A program made the translations under genes and the position numbers. A stretch of 64,000 nt of DNA from a virus. The notes under the pieces were generated by a model. The model worked only from the letters and a program-made list of their open reading frames with translations, made no database searches and was not told the origin of the DNA. The stretch is taken from positions 39,492 to 103,491 of IMG/VR virus record IMGVR_UViG_3300045988_019695. One strand, given 5' to 3'. How positions within the stretch are numbered: position 1 is the stretch's first letter; each line of letters starts with the position of its first letter. This document shows, in pieces, positions 10,481-23,040 of this stretch.

Positions 10481-11505
10481 AATTGCATCAGTTTAAGATT
10501 ATTACCTCTTCTCTACCAGAACTTCTAGCCATAAGAATCTTTGCCAAAATTATTCTAAGGAAGTAGGTTAAGTATATTCGGAAGTGAAGGCTATGTTATT
10601 CTATCGTACATCTACTGTTTATACTAATCAAGATCGCGCTATTGCTAAGCTTTAATTTCTTCCTAAGTTGGACCAAGTAAAGCTGCTGGAACATCTGCTC
10701 TAATAGTACTAGGCTATCTTGTAGAAGGAGAGTTTATTATTATAGGACTAACATTCTTAGCGTCCTCATAGTCCTGTACGAGATCATTAAACTGTACATT
10801 ATAGTTATAGGCATCCTTATGTGCATTCCTATGATAATAAGCCGCCTTAACAAGGCTATCCATACCTCTAAGATTTCTAGAATAGTTCTCAAGAGAATCT
10901 TCATAATACCCTTTCTGCTTAAGCGCTCTTGCATAATCCTGTGTAGATTTAGCTCTAAGCGCTTCTCCATATCTAGTATGCATAAGTCTTACATAGTCCT
11001 TAACAAAATCTGCATCACTCTTGTATGTAGTATAGGTCTTACCATTCCAGCCTACGCCACCATAGTTGTGCTATTGCCTAGCAACTCTAGATCTACCGTA
11101 GTTAGATTCATATGCAAGCTGACGCATTACATTATAGTATGCAGCATCACCGTATCCGTATCTGCTTAGCTATTGTCCTACAAGAGGGCCCATTCTGTGA
11201 ACAAAAGTATTAATAGAATCATTCTTTCCTCCTTTGTATTTATGCAGTATTGGATGTTCTTCGTTTAATGGAGTATCAAAAGGTAATGGCTTAATAATGT
11301 CTTCAGCTATATTAACATCTTTACCTTCATTGTAAGCATTAAGTATAGACTATACATTCTAATCAATCTACTACTACTCTTCTGGACTAGGTTCATCAGC
11401 CTGGGTGTCTCCACCCAAGTTGATTCCTCTAATGTCTTTCCAGTAATCAGCGCCATTCTTCCACGCCTCATACTTCTACTAAAATGTCTTATTATCTAAC
11501 TTCAT
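10477..11505 (-). CDS. glucosaminidase-domain peptidoglycan hydrolase (virion lysin/endolysin candidate; TAG read as sense)
   Basis: Frame checked end to end: 19 in-frame TAGs, TGA at 10477. Core QLAYESNYGRSRVARQ-TAG-HNYGGVGWNGKTYTTYKSDADFVKDYVRLMHTRYGEALRA...ALKQKGYYEDSLENY resembles the FlgJ/LytD glucosaminidase motif pattern. Confidence 0.6.
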
Positions 11506-11900
11506 GCTATAGCCTCCTCATACTCTTCTTTAGAAATCTAAATAAATGTACAGTTAAGTTTTCCGCAGTATCCCTACTTTTGTTTAAAGCAATACTATAT
11601 AGCTCCTTTATCAATTCCTAACTATCTAGAAGCTTCTCTCAAAGACGGATAATACTTTACATCGTTAGAAAAAATAACTTTTAACCAATATCCTTTTGGT
11701 CGATTGCTATAATCTGAATATCGTTTTCTTACTGCAGAATGTTCACCATATTTATTCCATGCACTCTACAAGTGAGCGTTTACATGTTTGTTTGCCCTAA
11801 GGTTTCTAAGATGTTCTTTAAAACGTTGCTCTATATGAATAGAGCTACCAATATACCGTTTACCATTTACGGTATTATAAATCTAATAAACTCCACTCAT
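11502..11900 (-). CDS. GIY-YIG homing endonuclease (TAG read as sense)
   Basis: MSGVY-TAG-IYNTVNGKRYIGSSIHIEQRFKEHLRNLRANKHVNAHL-TAG-SAWNKYG..., plus a C-terminal NUMOD1-like SLREASR-TAG-LGIDKGAI. Seven in-frame TAGs; TGA at 11502 overlaps the next ATG. Confidence 0.8.
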
Positions 11901-11902
11901 AA

Positions 11903-14386
11903 TTATTTACTTCTAGCAGCTTCTGCATTCGTTTTATTGCGTATGGCCGTGCGAGCCTTAAGTTTCTCGCGTTCATAAGCAGCATCGTCTTTAGCCTTCT
12001 ACAGCTCTGTCTCATGCTTCATCTTATCCTTCTCAAGCTAAATCTTCTGATCTTCTATCTCACGCTTCTGCTTAGCTTCGTAACGCTTATTATAAGCCTC
12101 TTGATTAATCTTCTGCTGTTCAAGAGCCTGTTTGCCAAGTTCAGCGACATCAGGTATTCCGTTATCGTTTTGATCCATATCTTCTGTTCCACGATAAGCA
12201 TTAATCTGCGCTACAGCTATCTTAGTCTGATTATCTTGATCAATCTGATATCTCTGAAGATCCATCTGAGCTTCCTATAGCATAAGTTCTTGCTGCTTAG
12301 CTTCATTCTGCATCTGCTGTAACTGCTGTTGCTGTTGTGCTTCTGTCTCTTGCTGCTGTTGCTACATCTGCTCCTGTCTAGTCTACATATCCTTAAGTTT
12401 CTGCTTAATGATATTGAAGTTGTCGTTTGTAAGAATCTCTGCGGCTTCAAGTAAGCTAGCACCATTCTGCATAGCTGGCTGTATAAGCTGCTGAAGTTTC
12501 TGTATGTTCTCAAGGTCTTTAGATGTATCACTTACGAACACATCCATGTCCTCATAGTAAAACTTAGGAGTAATGTCCAAGAATGCTCTTTCTCCATTAT
12601 CAAAGATATACTGGAGCTTCTGTTTACCAGTCTCTTCCCAAGCACCCTTAGCTGTATTAAGGAGCATATTAAGTACTCTTCGCTTGCACTGGTTATGAAC
12701 CCAGAACAATGGTTCAGTAATATGTGAGCTCTGTACTACAGATCTTTCTACATTACCTACCATCTCAGATGAGCTTACTGCTCCTTCACGCTGCTATGTA
12801 ATACCAGATATTGTTCCAGCCAGTTCTTCTATCTTATCCATAAGCTGTATATATTCAGCTATTACGTTAGACATTGTAAGATCCAATGCTGTTATCTGAT
12901 TAAACTGAGCAGGCTTGCCACCCTCTCTTCCTGGAATATTCCATCCTTCTTCATATGGGTTAATAAAGTTAACACCAACACTAGACAGATAGTGCATCCA
13001 TTTAGCTGGGCTAATATTCATAGACTTAGGAATCTATGTAATATCCATGTTTACAACCTTACCTTTATCTCTAGCGATAGCCAATTCAAGTCTGTACCAT
13101 AATACAATATACATATACTGCAATGGTTTAAGAATGCTAACCAATGATCTAGGCTTACTATTTGTATTGCTATAAATAGCACCACAATAAGGAAGTTTCT
13201 GGCTATTAGGATTATCGATGCTTACATGCTGATATTCAATAGGCTGTATACCAAAGTATAAGTCACTACCAGCCCTGTATCCTTCCCATACCTCTACAAT
13301 CCAATCTGGTTCTACGCTAATCTCGTTACCAACAGGTTGATATGTCTCATCAACTATATTGATCTGAGGCTGTCCTGCATCATCTGTAGTAGTTACATAG
13401 AATATCTTTTTGAAAGACTTCCAGCAACAATGCCATACATTTACAAGAGACTTACCAGCTCCCTCGAATATAGGATTATCGTATATACGTAACTGTATAC
13501 CCATATCAACAGGACTTCTATCTCCAAGGTTTCTACCAGGAGTAGAGCCAATCATTTCTTCAAGCTTGTCAAGGTCTTTTTCTTCAAGCTTATCATAATA
13601 TCTATCGTATACTTCTGTAATAGGCATACGCATCTTTCTACAGCACCATGATCCATCTTCGATGAATTCTAAGTCTGGACTCTTATCGTAAGAGAAGTAT
13701 ATAGGATTAACTCTTTCGACATACGGTTCTGCATTAAGTACGCCAACATAATAAATTTCTCTACCTGAGATCAATCCATCCTTCCATCCTTTGATAAACT
13801 CGTTATCAAGATCAAGTCTTTCTCTTAGATAGGTAAGCGTATGATACGCCGTATTTTCTACAATATCTTTGTAATCCTTATCCATGTATTTAGCTATCTA
13901 TTCTGGAGGCATAACTTCACCAGACTTTAGCTATTCCTGAAACTACTGAGCTTCTTCTGGACTCATTCTAGCTGTGATAGATGCTTCTATATATTGTAGT
14001 ATCATCTACTTCTCTTTCTCCTGCATTTCTGATGTTGCCTCCTATGAAGTTCTGATAACTCTGAAGTTAAGAGGTCTTTTTGTCTCCTCGCCTATAAGCA
14101 AGTCTACTTTAGGTCTTATGATATTAAAGTCATGAGGAGTAGCAGGAAAACCATCCTCGACCTTGAATGGGTTTGTAATTGATTTAAAATCCTTCTCGTC
14201 GAAGATGCTGTTGTATAAATTATAATAGGTCTACAGCTCTCCGTAATATGATGTACTATTTCCTCCAGATGTTACGTTACCTTCACCTATAATATAGTTA
14301 ACGCAATCTTCCTGCCACTTCTTTCCTTTCTTTGAAAGAGGGAGCTTTTGTCTGGGGAAAGCTGAATTGTATAAGTTATCTTCCAT
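11903..14386 (-). CDS. portal protein (TAG read as sense)
   Basis: Track ORFs 13034-13885, 12794-13021, 12383-12763 and 12038-12265 are all in one frame. Manual reading joins them through TAGs only, from ATG 14386 (MEDNLYNSAFPRQK...) to TAA 11903. Size (827 codons), position after TerL and motifs such as NPFKVEDGFPATPHDFNIIRPKVDLLIGEE support the call. Confidence 0.75.
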
Positions 14387-14389
14387 GTA

Positions 14390-16453
14390 TTAAAATGTGA
14401 ATATCGGCATACCGTCTTCACTTGTGCTGCTATCTTCTTCAAACCATTGTTTGCTAAATAACGGCATCTCGAAGAGTTCAACCTATTTGTTTTGTTCTTT
14501 TGCAGACGACACCTTTACCTAATAGAGCTCCTCTCTGTATATCATTACCATACACAAAGCTATTACACGGTCTACATTTCGTACACCATCATTCTCTATA
14601 AGCTCTTCTATTAGAGGTTCGCTGTATACTCTTTCTACATTAGGGTGACCTTCTTCAAACTCATCTAACAGCCACTCTAATATTAATCCTTCGCCATACG
14701 CCCTAATCTATTTGGTCATGTGGCATCCTTTTCTTCTTTGTACTTTACTGTCTTTAAAGACTTCAGATATGATTTTATCCGGCTAATCAGCCAAGAGGTA
14801 ATCGCAGTGTTTATTCGTAAAGTAAGGGTAGATTCCTTTTCTTTCATTCTCAAATAATAATCTAGCATTGTAGAATGTAAGTAGCTTACGCACATTCTCA
14901 TAGTATTCTTCTGCCGTATCTGGTCTTCCAGAATACTCTGCTACTATCACATCTGTCCATGCTTCTCCAGCTCTTACTCTCTTAAATATAAATGTAGAAC
15001 CAAGAGAGTTTGTAAAGCTATCGTCGTGATCATATGGGTCGCATCCTCCTATGTATAAACCAAGTGGAGGATCCTTTACTGGGTATTCCCATATAACTAC
15101 AGAGCCATGAGGCTTATCTCCCTTCTTAAGAGGGTAGTTGGTTATATCCCCACTAGGCTTTTCTGTAGCCTTTACTTGGCCATTTCCATCCCATTCTAGA
15201 TCAACTATATGCTTCATGCTTTGAAGCTTCTTGTTGGTCCTTATTCTTGTTAACTGATCCATCAATAACTTTCTAGGGAATATATTCTTACCTAGCTCCA
15301 ATACAGCCTCTGCTGGTCTTATAGGACGCTCTGATATAAAACGGTCTATTGATTGCTAACTAGCACCTCCGTCCTTTACTTTATTTCTCTGATCTATAAG
15401 ATTCTGTATAGCTTTCTCTTTATAGCTATTTCCATCCTTATCCATGTAAACCTAATTGCCATCATCGTCGAATGACTCTAGGTTTGAATATGCTGGAACA
15501 AAGAATGCGCATTCAGTGTTCTCTCTACCTTCGTCCCATATATTAGGAAAGCTGAGAACATTGTAAGACTTAGGCTTGTAGAATAACTCTTTCAATCCTT
15601 CAAAGCTAGCACCTTCTGTACCACCGGTACCAAATGCTATCATCAATCCGAACGCTTTACCATCATCGGTTTCTACTGAAGGCTGCTCTATACGCCATGC
15701 ATCAAGAAGGCTAGGGAACTTACCTCCCTCCTCCCATAGTACAAGCTTAGCACGAGTACCACGCACACGCTCTGGGTCATTCTTAAGTGTTATACCTGTT
15801 ATACTGGACAGATATCCTTGCTCTGTCTACTTACCAAACTCATCTGTAATCTTATAACCTGATGTTCTCTCCATACGTGTAGACACAAGTCTTTGCTTAG
15901 CCCACGCTGTATGTTTATCAAGGAAGTCCATTATCTGCCAGGCTTTAGTTAACAAACCATCACCTATAAGGAATTTCTACTCTGACGCTATAGCAAAGTT
16001 CTTTGAGCCAGGTATAAGCATATAGTTTCTAACCAACATAGATCCTCCCTTAAATGAGTATCCTCTCTGTCTGCATTTAAGTACAGCCATATGTTTACCT
16101 TCAAGCTCTGCTTGTTCTATAGCGCAAAAATAATAGTAATCATAGTCCCAAAAACTAGGGAACTCAAGTATACGTTGTCTTCTCTTTCTTAGGTTACCCT
16201 CTCTATCTGTATACTCTTCTTCCTTAAGTCGCATGATTGGACTATAATTTAGATAGAAGTAGTTGTATCCGGTTATACCTTCGCCATCTGGAGCTGTATA
16301 ACCATTAAGGCATCTATCTGTTTCTTGCTCCCAATATTTGTTATAATCAGTAGTACCTCTAGGAGCTAAGGTATAGCATCCATGTTGCTGAAAGAATATA
16401 GCTGCCTATCTGAACTTATCAGTATCATGGAGCTTCTAATTAAAGTCTATCAT
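14390..16453 (-). CDS. terL: terminase large subunit (TAG read as sense)
   Basis: Track ORFs 15977-16234, 15452-15766 and 14783-15301 share one frame, and the gaps contain only TAG. Runs from ATG 16453 (MIDFN-TAG-KLHDTDKF...) to TAA 14390. Motifs: ITGYNYFYLNYSPI, VLKCRQRGYSFKG, GGCDPYDHDD. Confidence 0.8.
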
Positions 16454-16455
16454 AA

Positions 16456-16965
16456 TTATTCGTACATACCAATAACGCCACCACCCTTGACTCTACCGGT
16501 TTCTGCTTGTTCTGCCTTTGCCTACTTCATAGCCATGTCTAATGATTTGATAATACCGCTAACATCTTTCAATATTGCTGAAAGCTTCTTAGCTGTATCT
16601 ATATCAAGCTCTTCTTCAGCATAGCTATCCATCGTGTTCATAATGCCCTCTGCTGCGCTCTTAGAAGATTTAAGCAAGCGGGTAGCAGGAGTCTCTTGGA
16701 ACTCCTGGAACCTTTTTGCTAATTCTTTTATAACGTCATCAGGTTTATAATTCTCATCATTAAGTACATCTTTAGCCACTCTCCATGTGCGTTCTTTCTC
16801 TGGATATGCCTCATATGGGCTATTCCATTTATATCTCCACACTATGAATTCGATCTTCTTTAATGCGTCTTGTTTATCTTTAGCATTGTTATAGAAGTCT
16901 TTAAATGGTGGTATAGCTAAATCTTCTGTACTTAACTGTATTTTATTTTGTATGATGTCAAACAT
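16456..16965 (-). CDS. small protein upstream of terL (small terminase candidate by position)
   Basis: Track ORF 16522-16965 ends in TAG. The same frame continues 21 codons (AKAEQAETGRVKGGGVIGMYE) to TAA at 16456, 2 nt before the terL ATG. Confidence 0.4.
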
Positions 16966-16996
16966 TACTTAAATAATCTTTTAAGCCAGTTTATCT

Positions 16997-19900
16997 TTAT
17001 GGTAGAAAGTGTTCAGTAAGATTTTTATTTCTAATTTCGTATACGGCGTCAGAACTTCCTGTTCCATGATTAATAAACCAACCAGATAACGTAGATGACA
17101 AATTAGGGCTTTCTGTATCAGATGCAGACATTACATATATACCATTATTTGTATTATTATTAAATGTTACACTATCCTACTCAATGCGTGTATATGGAAT
17201 AGATCCTGATGATGAACCAGAAGTGCCTGCAATATAATAAGTAAATGATCCAGTAGGCTTGTCAACTTTTGAAATCTTAGCCCAAGACTTATTAGTTGTA
17301 ATAACATTCAATGTTCCACCAATTTCGCCAGATGGAGATTGAGATGGAATAGTCTAAACGTATACCGAGCCGGTAATAGCTACAGTTCCTTGCATATTCT
17401 TAGTACCATTTGTAAATGATGCTTTATTATAAACCTCTACACCAAATAAATATCCATATGTAAGGAATGTGTATATTCCAACCTAATACAATATTGTGCT
17501 ATTATCTACCTTCTTATAATATGTTCCACTAACAGGAGTCTTCATTGTAGCATCCGTATAGTACTTGTTATCTTTTATGGTAAATGTTCCTACCTGACTA
17601 AAGCTTAAGTTTGTATCAGATCCTCTCTTCTGATACCATGTTTCAGTACTATCTGCTGCATTACTATTAATCCAATCTGGTTTACCATTTGTTATTCCAA
17701 GATGCCATGTTGTACCATTTATTACAAAATATATAGTTCCGTTATCAAGTACTATTTTATTAGTAGTACCACTTGTAAGAACACCAGTATTAGTAACTGT
17801 AAATGGAGCTGTATCAAGGCTATTGCCATCTAATGGGCCTGCCCAAATTCTTACATCTCCCTTGTTTATATTAGGATCTAATTTTGAGCTAGTAACATTT
17901 CTGCTAGATGTCATACCAGCAACAATATCTTCACCATCAAATACCACTACTTCATTTGTAGATAATTCTTTAATAAAGCCTTGGTTTGCAATAATTCTCT
18001 ATGCTACAATATCTGGAGACAACGAGAATGCTGACCAATAAGAAGCAACGTCTGGATAGGTAGACCAATTGTTGTTTTCTCCAGCTTCTGTATTCACACA
18101 AGCGTAATATACATTATTATATAATACGACGTCCTGATAGAATACACCATCTTCGTCTGACGCTCTCTTGCCATCAAGGTATTTGGTGTTTATTACATGC
18201 GAACCTCTCATTCTCAAAGGACTTCCATTCATAGTCTAACCTGTAGAAGCATTGCCATCTTTACCAGCAGCTGAAATAGGAATAGTAATAGAGTCTATAA
18301 ATGCTCCGTTGCTATTATTTATGATTATCTAAATAGTGGCAGAGCTACTTGAAACTTCTCCGGATATAGAGCAATTCCATTGGTTATTACCTTTTGTTGG
18401 AGCAGTAACTGTAATACTAGGATTTGTACTTACGTTGCAGTTATAACCAGAAGTTTCCTATAAAGCATAATCAGCATTACCTTCTTTCTTATAGAGCTTA
18501 ACAGTAAATGTAGAAGAGATATTATATTTATTACTCTCATTGGCCTTATAATTAAGCGACATATCAGATACCTCTATCTTATATGTAACACCATTAATAC
18601 CATCTACTGCTGGAGCCTTTATAATAGGAACATATTCTTTGAAATCAAGATTACCATTTTGAGCTCTAAAGTACATTCCATTTTCTCCCTATGTCTATAT
18701 CTCTTTCTGTGATATAGGGTGCCAACTTGTACCTCCATCTTCAGAATACGAGAATGTCCAGTCTGATGTTTCGTTAGGGTAGATCTATGTTACCTTATTG
18801 CCATCACTCTTTGTAATGAAACAACTAATCGTACTAGGGTATAAAGAACCATCCTGATAGTTGATGGCGGAAGCATTAGTGTCAAGTCTGTACGAAACAG
18901 CATCTGTACCAGAACCATTTACAATCCCATAGAACTGAATATCAACGTATCTAATATTAGACTGTATTGCTGTATCTGTTGGCGTAAGCTTAACTCTAAG
19001 AGTCCAATACTTACCATCAGACATATTCAGACTACCTTCTGGAATAGTCATTGAAATTGTGTTATTATCATAGCTAAACCAAGTATTCCAGCCTGATATA
19101 GTTGAATTATCTGAACACTTAAAACTTTCAAACTTATGGTTAAAGCTAATCTCTGTACCACTATTATATAAATGCAATCCAGCTGTACCTGAGTATTCTT
19201 TGTTTGTACCATCGTCTAGCAAATATAAATATTTAGTCTCTCCGATTACGTCAGCAGTAATAGCATTTGACACACCATCTTTAGCATGATAAGCCCATAA
19301 TGTTGGGTTGCTATACTAGTGCCAATAAGCATCTTCTGTCTCAGAGCTACTTGGATTATCATCATTTCTCTTCTTTCTTACAGACACCCATGCTGTGCCA
19401 CCTTGAGGAACTTCCTATGGATCGTCAGTCCATGTACCTTTAGATTCTTCTTTTATATACTCGTCTTTATTGAATGACTCGTGATTTGTATCAGCTTTTG
19501 ATGCTGCATTGTCATACCAATCATGTGGATTGTCTGTAGGAGCTTGCTTTGTTTGAGATATAGCAAAGATATACTCTACGCCATCTCCGTCTGTACCATT
19601 GTCTCCATAATGAGACCAAAGAATAGGTTCTGACCAGATGCTCCATGTTTCTACATCTTTAACTCTTATTGAAACCCATTCGTTTACAAATTTCGAAGTT
19701 ACACCCTGTGGGTTATCTGTCCATCCAGAAGGATTATCACCCTATGGTCTTTCGAAAGTCTGCCCTTTTACACCCTATCTATAAATGAATTCTCTATTTG
19801 ACTAATCTGTTCCAGCACTAGTACCATCTTCTCCGGTAATACAAATAGGTGTAATATACTATCCATAATTACCATCAGAATCGATGAATACCTATGTCAT

Positions 19901-20794
19901 CCATACATGCTGATTAGGGGCTCTATTTATGCTATGCTCAGTCCATCCTGAACCGCCTCCAGGAGCTGCGCCTGCATTTGGAGTCTAGACGCTAGTAGTG
20001 TTCTTATCTACACATTTGAAGTAAACTTTATATCTACCACCATCTTTACCAGTACCAGAACCAGAAGAACCGCCATCAATTTTAATGACGCCATTTCCAT
20101 TTGGATCATACAGTGTATATTGATTACCATCAATCTGGAGTTTCTTAAGCTTGTTTATCTCAGCGTATTTAGTAAGCTCATTAGCAAGCTATTCTTTAGT
20201 GACAAGTTTGCTTGTATCAATGCCACCTGAAACGATAGATACTGTGAATTCTCCACCGTTCTTCTGCTTAAGAACAAGCTGACCATTAGCAGAATTATAG
20301 TTAAATGATTCAATGCTGTAGTCTTTACCGCCTGTTACCTTAATATTGTTTATCTCTGTTGTAAGATTATTGATCTTGTTCTGTATGTCATTCTTAATAG
20401 TATCAAGATCAGCCTTAAGAGCATACTTACTAAGATCTGCCGTATCATTCTTAATCTTAGCTACAAGCTCATTTACATATTCTATAGTAGCATATTTAGC
20501 TAATACATTGTCACCAAAGCCCAAATCGTAAAGAATGAGCTTAACCTTCTTATCAAGGTCTTCTTCAAGCTCGTCGAGCCTCTCTTCATGTTTATCTACC
20601 ATTGTCTTAATGAGATCAACAACATCCTGGTTAGCTTTATTATCCCACTTATCTTTATCTTCTTTAGATACTGGTTCGCTGTCAGCGTTCTTATTCATCA
20701 CCTTTGAAAGGAGAGACGAATACTACTGAGCAGCTTCTAAGTGACCATTATGATGACATGCACATTCATGGTCGCAATAATCAAAATCTACCAT
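16997..20794 (-). CDS. tail fibre / tail spike protein, 1,265 codons (TAG read as sense)
   Basis: Track ORFs 20189-20701, 18785-19273, 18458-18676, 17999-18232 and 17483-17947 are all in one frame. Every intervening triplet was checked: only TAG, about 40 in-frame in total across the gene. ATG 20794 (MVDFDYCDHECACHHNGH...), TAA at 16997. N-terminal coiled coil, Gly/Ser/Thr/Asn-rich beta-like remainder. Confidence 0.7.
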
Positions 20795-21038
20795 ATTAAT
20801 TTGTTTAAATTGTTAACAATTATAGTACTGTGGTGTCATTGAAGACCACGTCTAAAACGCCACAGTTATAGGTTAAATGAAATCGTTCTAATCTAGCGTA
20901 TTACTACGCAAGCCCTAGTATATTCCACCTAGGGGTGATAAAAGTCCTACCCTGGTACGCATTTGAAAAGAGGCGTGGTAGAATCTATTGTGCTAGGCGG
21001 GGCAGCGAACCCCGTCATGCTTTCATTAAGACCTAGCC
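20795..21038 (-). other. structured intergenic leader between the two fibre genes
   Basis: Minus-strand helices: cgggg/ccccg (20998-21014), ctacc...acgc/gcgt-ggtag (20947-20981), gcgta-GTAA-tacgc (20896-20909), actgtgg/ccacagt (20827-20866). Confidence 0.4.
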
Positions 21039-22334
21039 TTATGCAGCATCTTCTTGATGTTTAGCTTCAAGTGCTGCAATACGAGCTTCAAGTGCTGCAA
21101 TCTTTTCATAATATACAGACTTTGTAATAAACTCGCTATCATTAGTAAGCTGACTAACCTTTGTAGGAACAGTAGGAAGTTCAACCTTCTTAGCATACTC
21201 TTCAAGAGACTGATGTTCTGTAAGGTAATTACCTTTAGGCTGTTTTGTATCAATAGCAGAATTCAGTATACCAACCTGTTCATTAAGAGCTGTTGTAAGA
21301 ACATAATTACTAAGTGCTGTAGTATCAGCTTTAGCATTTATAAGGTTCTGGAGATACGATTCCTGACCATTAGCACGCTCAACTTCTGTTCTAATAGCTT
21401 CATTGATAGCTGTTTCTGCAGTTGTAGCTCTAGATGCTTCATTCTGAATAGCGAGAGCATTATCACCTTCAACTTCCTTAGCTCTAGCAGCCTCTGCTGC
21501 AATCTCAGCCTTATTCTATGCTTCTGCTGCCTTAGCTCTTGTAATCTCTTCATTAAGGGCAACTGTAGTAGCCTTAGTAGCAATAGCATCATTAATAGCT
21601 GTATGCAGATCATCATTACTATTAAGCTTATCTGCAATCTCCTTCAATGTATCATAAGCCTCTGGAGCTGCGCCAACTACATCAGCTATAGCTTTTCTGA
21701 ATGAACCTTCAGTTGTAGAGTCACCATTAATAATATCCACCTCTGCTTTGATCTCATTCTCCTTAGCAGTAGCACGTGTTACCTCAGCATTGAGGTTATC
21801 CTTAATTGTATTGTCGTCATTCTCACGCTTTGTAGCCTCAGCCTGTATGTCTGAAGAAAGAGCATTCTCACTAGCCTTAGCACGATTAACTTCAGCTGTA
21901 AGATCATTGCGAAGCTGAGTATCAGCGTTTACTCTTTCCTGCTTCTCTGTATCAATGTTCTACTGAAGTACATTATCTCTTTCATTTGACTCTATCTCCT
22001 TCTGATCAATCTTATCATCAAGAGTATTATCTCCCTAGATTCTATTAGCAGTCTCTTCCTCTGCCTTTTCTTGGAATACATCAAATCTATGATTTGTAGT
22101 ATCTCTAAAATTATGGATTTCATTTACAATCTCTTCAAGGGAATCATGATTATTATCAACATTGCCCTTAAGTTCATCAAACGCCTGGATTACTGCATTA
22201 GCATCCATGATATCACCACGTACGTACTCACCTGCATGCTCACCCATCAAGAGGTTAACTGTTCTTGTACCAACATCCTTGGCGCCATGTACCTATACAC
22301 CTACCAAAGGTGTCTTAATAAATTTCTTCTTCAT
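21039..22334 (-). CDS. coiled-coil fibre/collar protein (TAG read as sense)
   Basis: ATG 22334, TAA 21039. Includes track ORFs 22035-22250 and 21516-21740 in one frame with about 4 TAGs. Repetitive N-x-A-x-x-E-x-x-RA heptad-like sequence. The overlapping Leu-rich ORFs in other frames are shadows. Confidence 0.6.
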
Positions 22335-22365
22335 TATATATAATGTCTAATTTGATATGTGTCTA

Positions 22366-22399
22366 AACAGTAAAAGGGAACTACCTTTCGGTAATCCCC
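22366..22399 (-). terminator. intrinsic terminator after dUTPase gene
   Basis: Minus strand: GGGGATTACC-GAAA-GGTAGTTCCC (10 bp including 2 G-U) followed by TTTTACTGTTT. Confidence 0.6.
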
Positions 22400-22419
22400 T
22401 TTACGTAAGTGAATTAGGC

Positions 22420-22971
22420 CTATCCTTCACTTACCTCAGCACCTTCTTGTGCCGCCGCTGGCTCTGGTACGGACTCAACCTGTTCCTTAAGCTGTGACTG
22501 AGTTCCCGTAGCTGCGCTAGATTCATTCTCATTATCTGTGCCAGTAGAACCAAATCCACCCTCACCTCTCTCTGTAGGTGTAAGCTCTGAAACTTCTGTA
22601 ATTTCGTACTCTGGTACAGGAACTATGACTAACTGACAGAATCTCTCTCCCTTCTGATATACTGCAGGGATTGCATCTGTTGTTGCCTTCATGACAGCCA
22701 GGATCTCACCTCTGTAGTCACTGTCTATCACTCCGACATTATCTGTAAGCCATAATGATTTCTTCCAAATACTAGAGCGTGGTATAAGTAAACCAACATA
22801 TCCGGCAGGAATCTCAACTGCCAATCCTGTATGGTAAACCAACATTAGCTGATTTGCTTCATTAATAACTGTATCTATCTTAATGCAAGTCAAATCAATT
22901 CCTGCAGCACCTTTTGTGCCACGAATAGGAAGGATTGCTTTATCCTCAAGTCTCTTAAATTTTAACTCCAT
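22420..22971 (-). CDS. dut: dUTP diphosphatase with acidic C-terminal extension
   Basis: Trimeric dUTPase motifs AAGIDL, GLLIPRSS, GVIDSDYRGE, ERGEGGFGSTG. Confidence 0.85.
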   Translation of the reverse strand: MELKFKRLEDKAILPIRGTKGAAGIDLTCIKIDTVINEANQLMLVYHTGLAVEIPAGYVGLLIPRSSIWKKSLWLTDNVGVIDSDYRGEILAVMKATTDAIPAVYQKGERFCQLVIVPVPEYEITEVSELTPTERGEGGFGSTGTDNENESSAATGTQSQLKEQVESVPEPAAAQEGAEVSEG

Positions 22972-23040
22972 AGTATTTATAATATGTTTATTATTGTTAC
23001 CCCACTAGGATTCGAACCCAGACTAAACATAATCTTTTAA

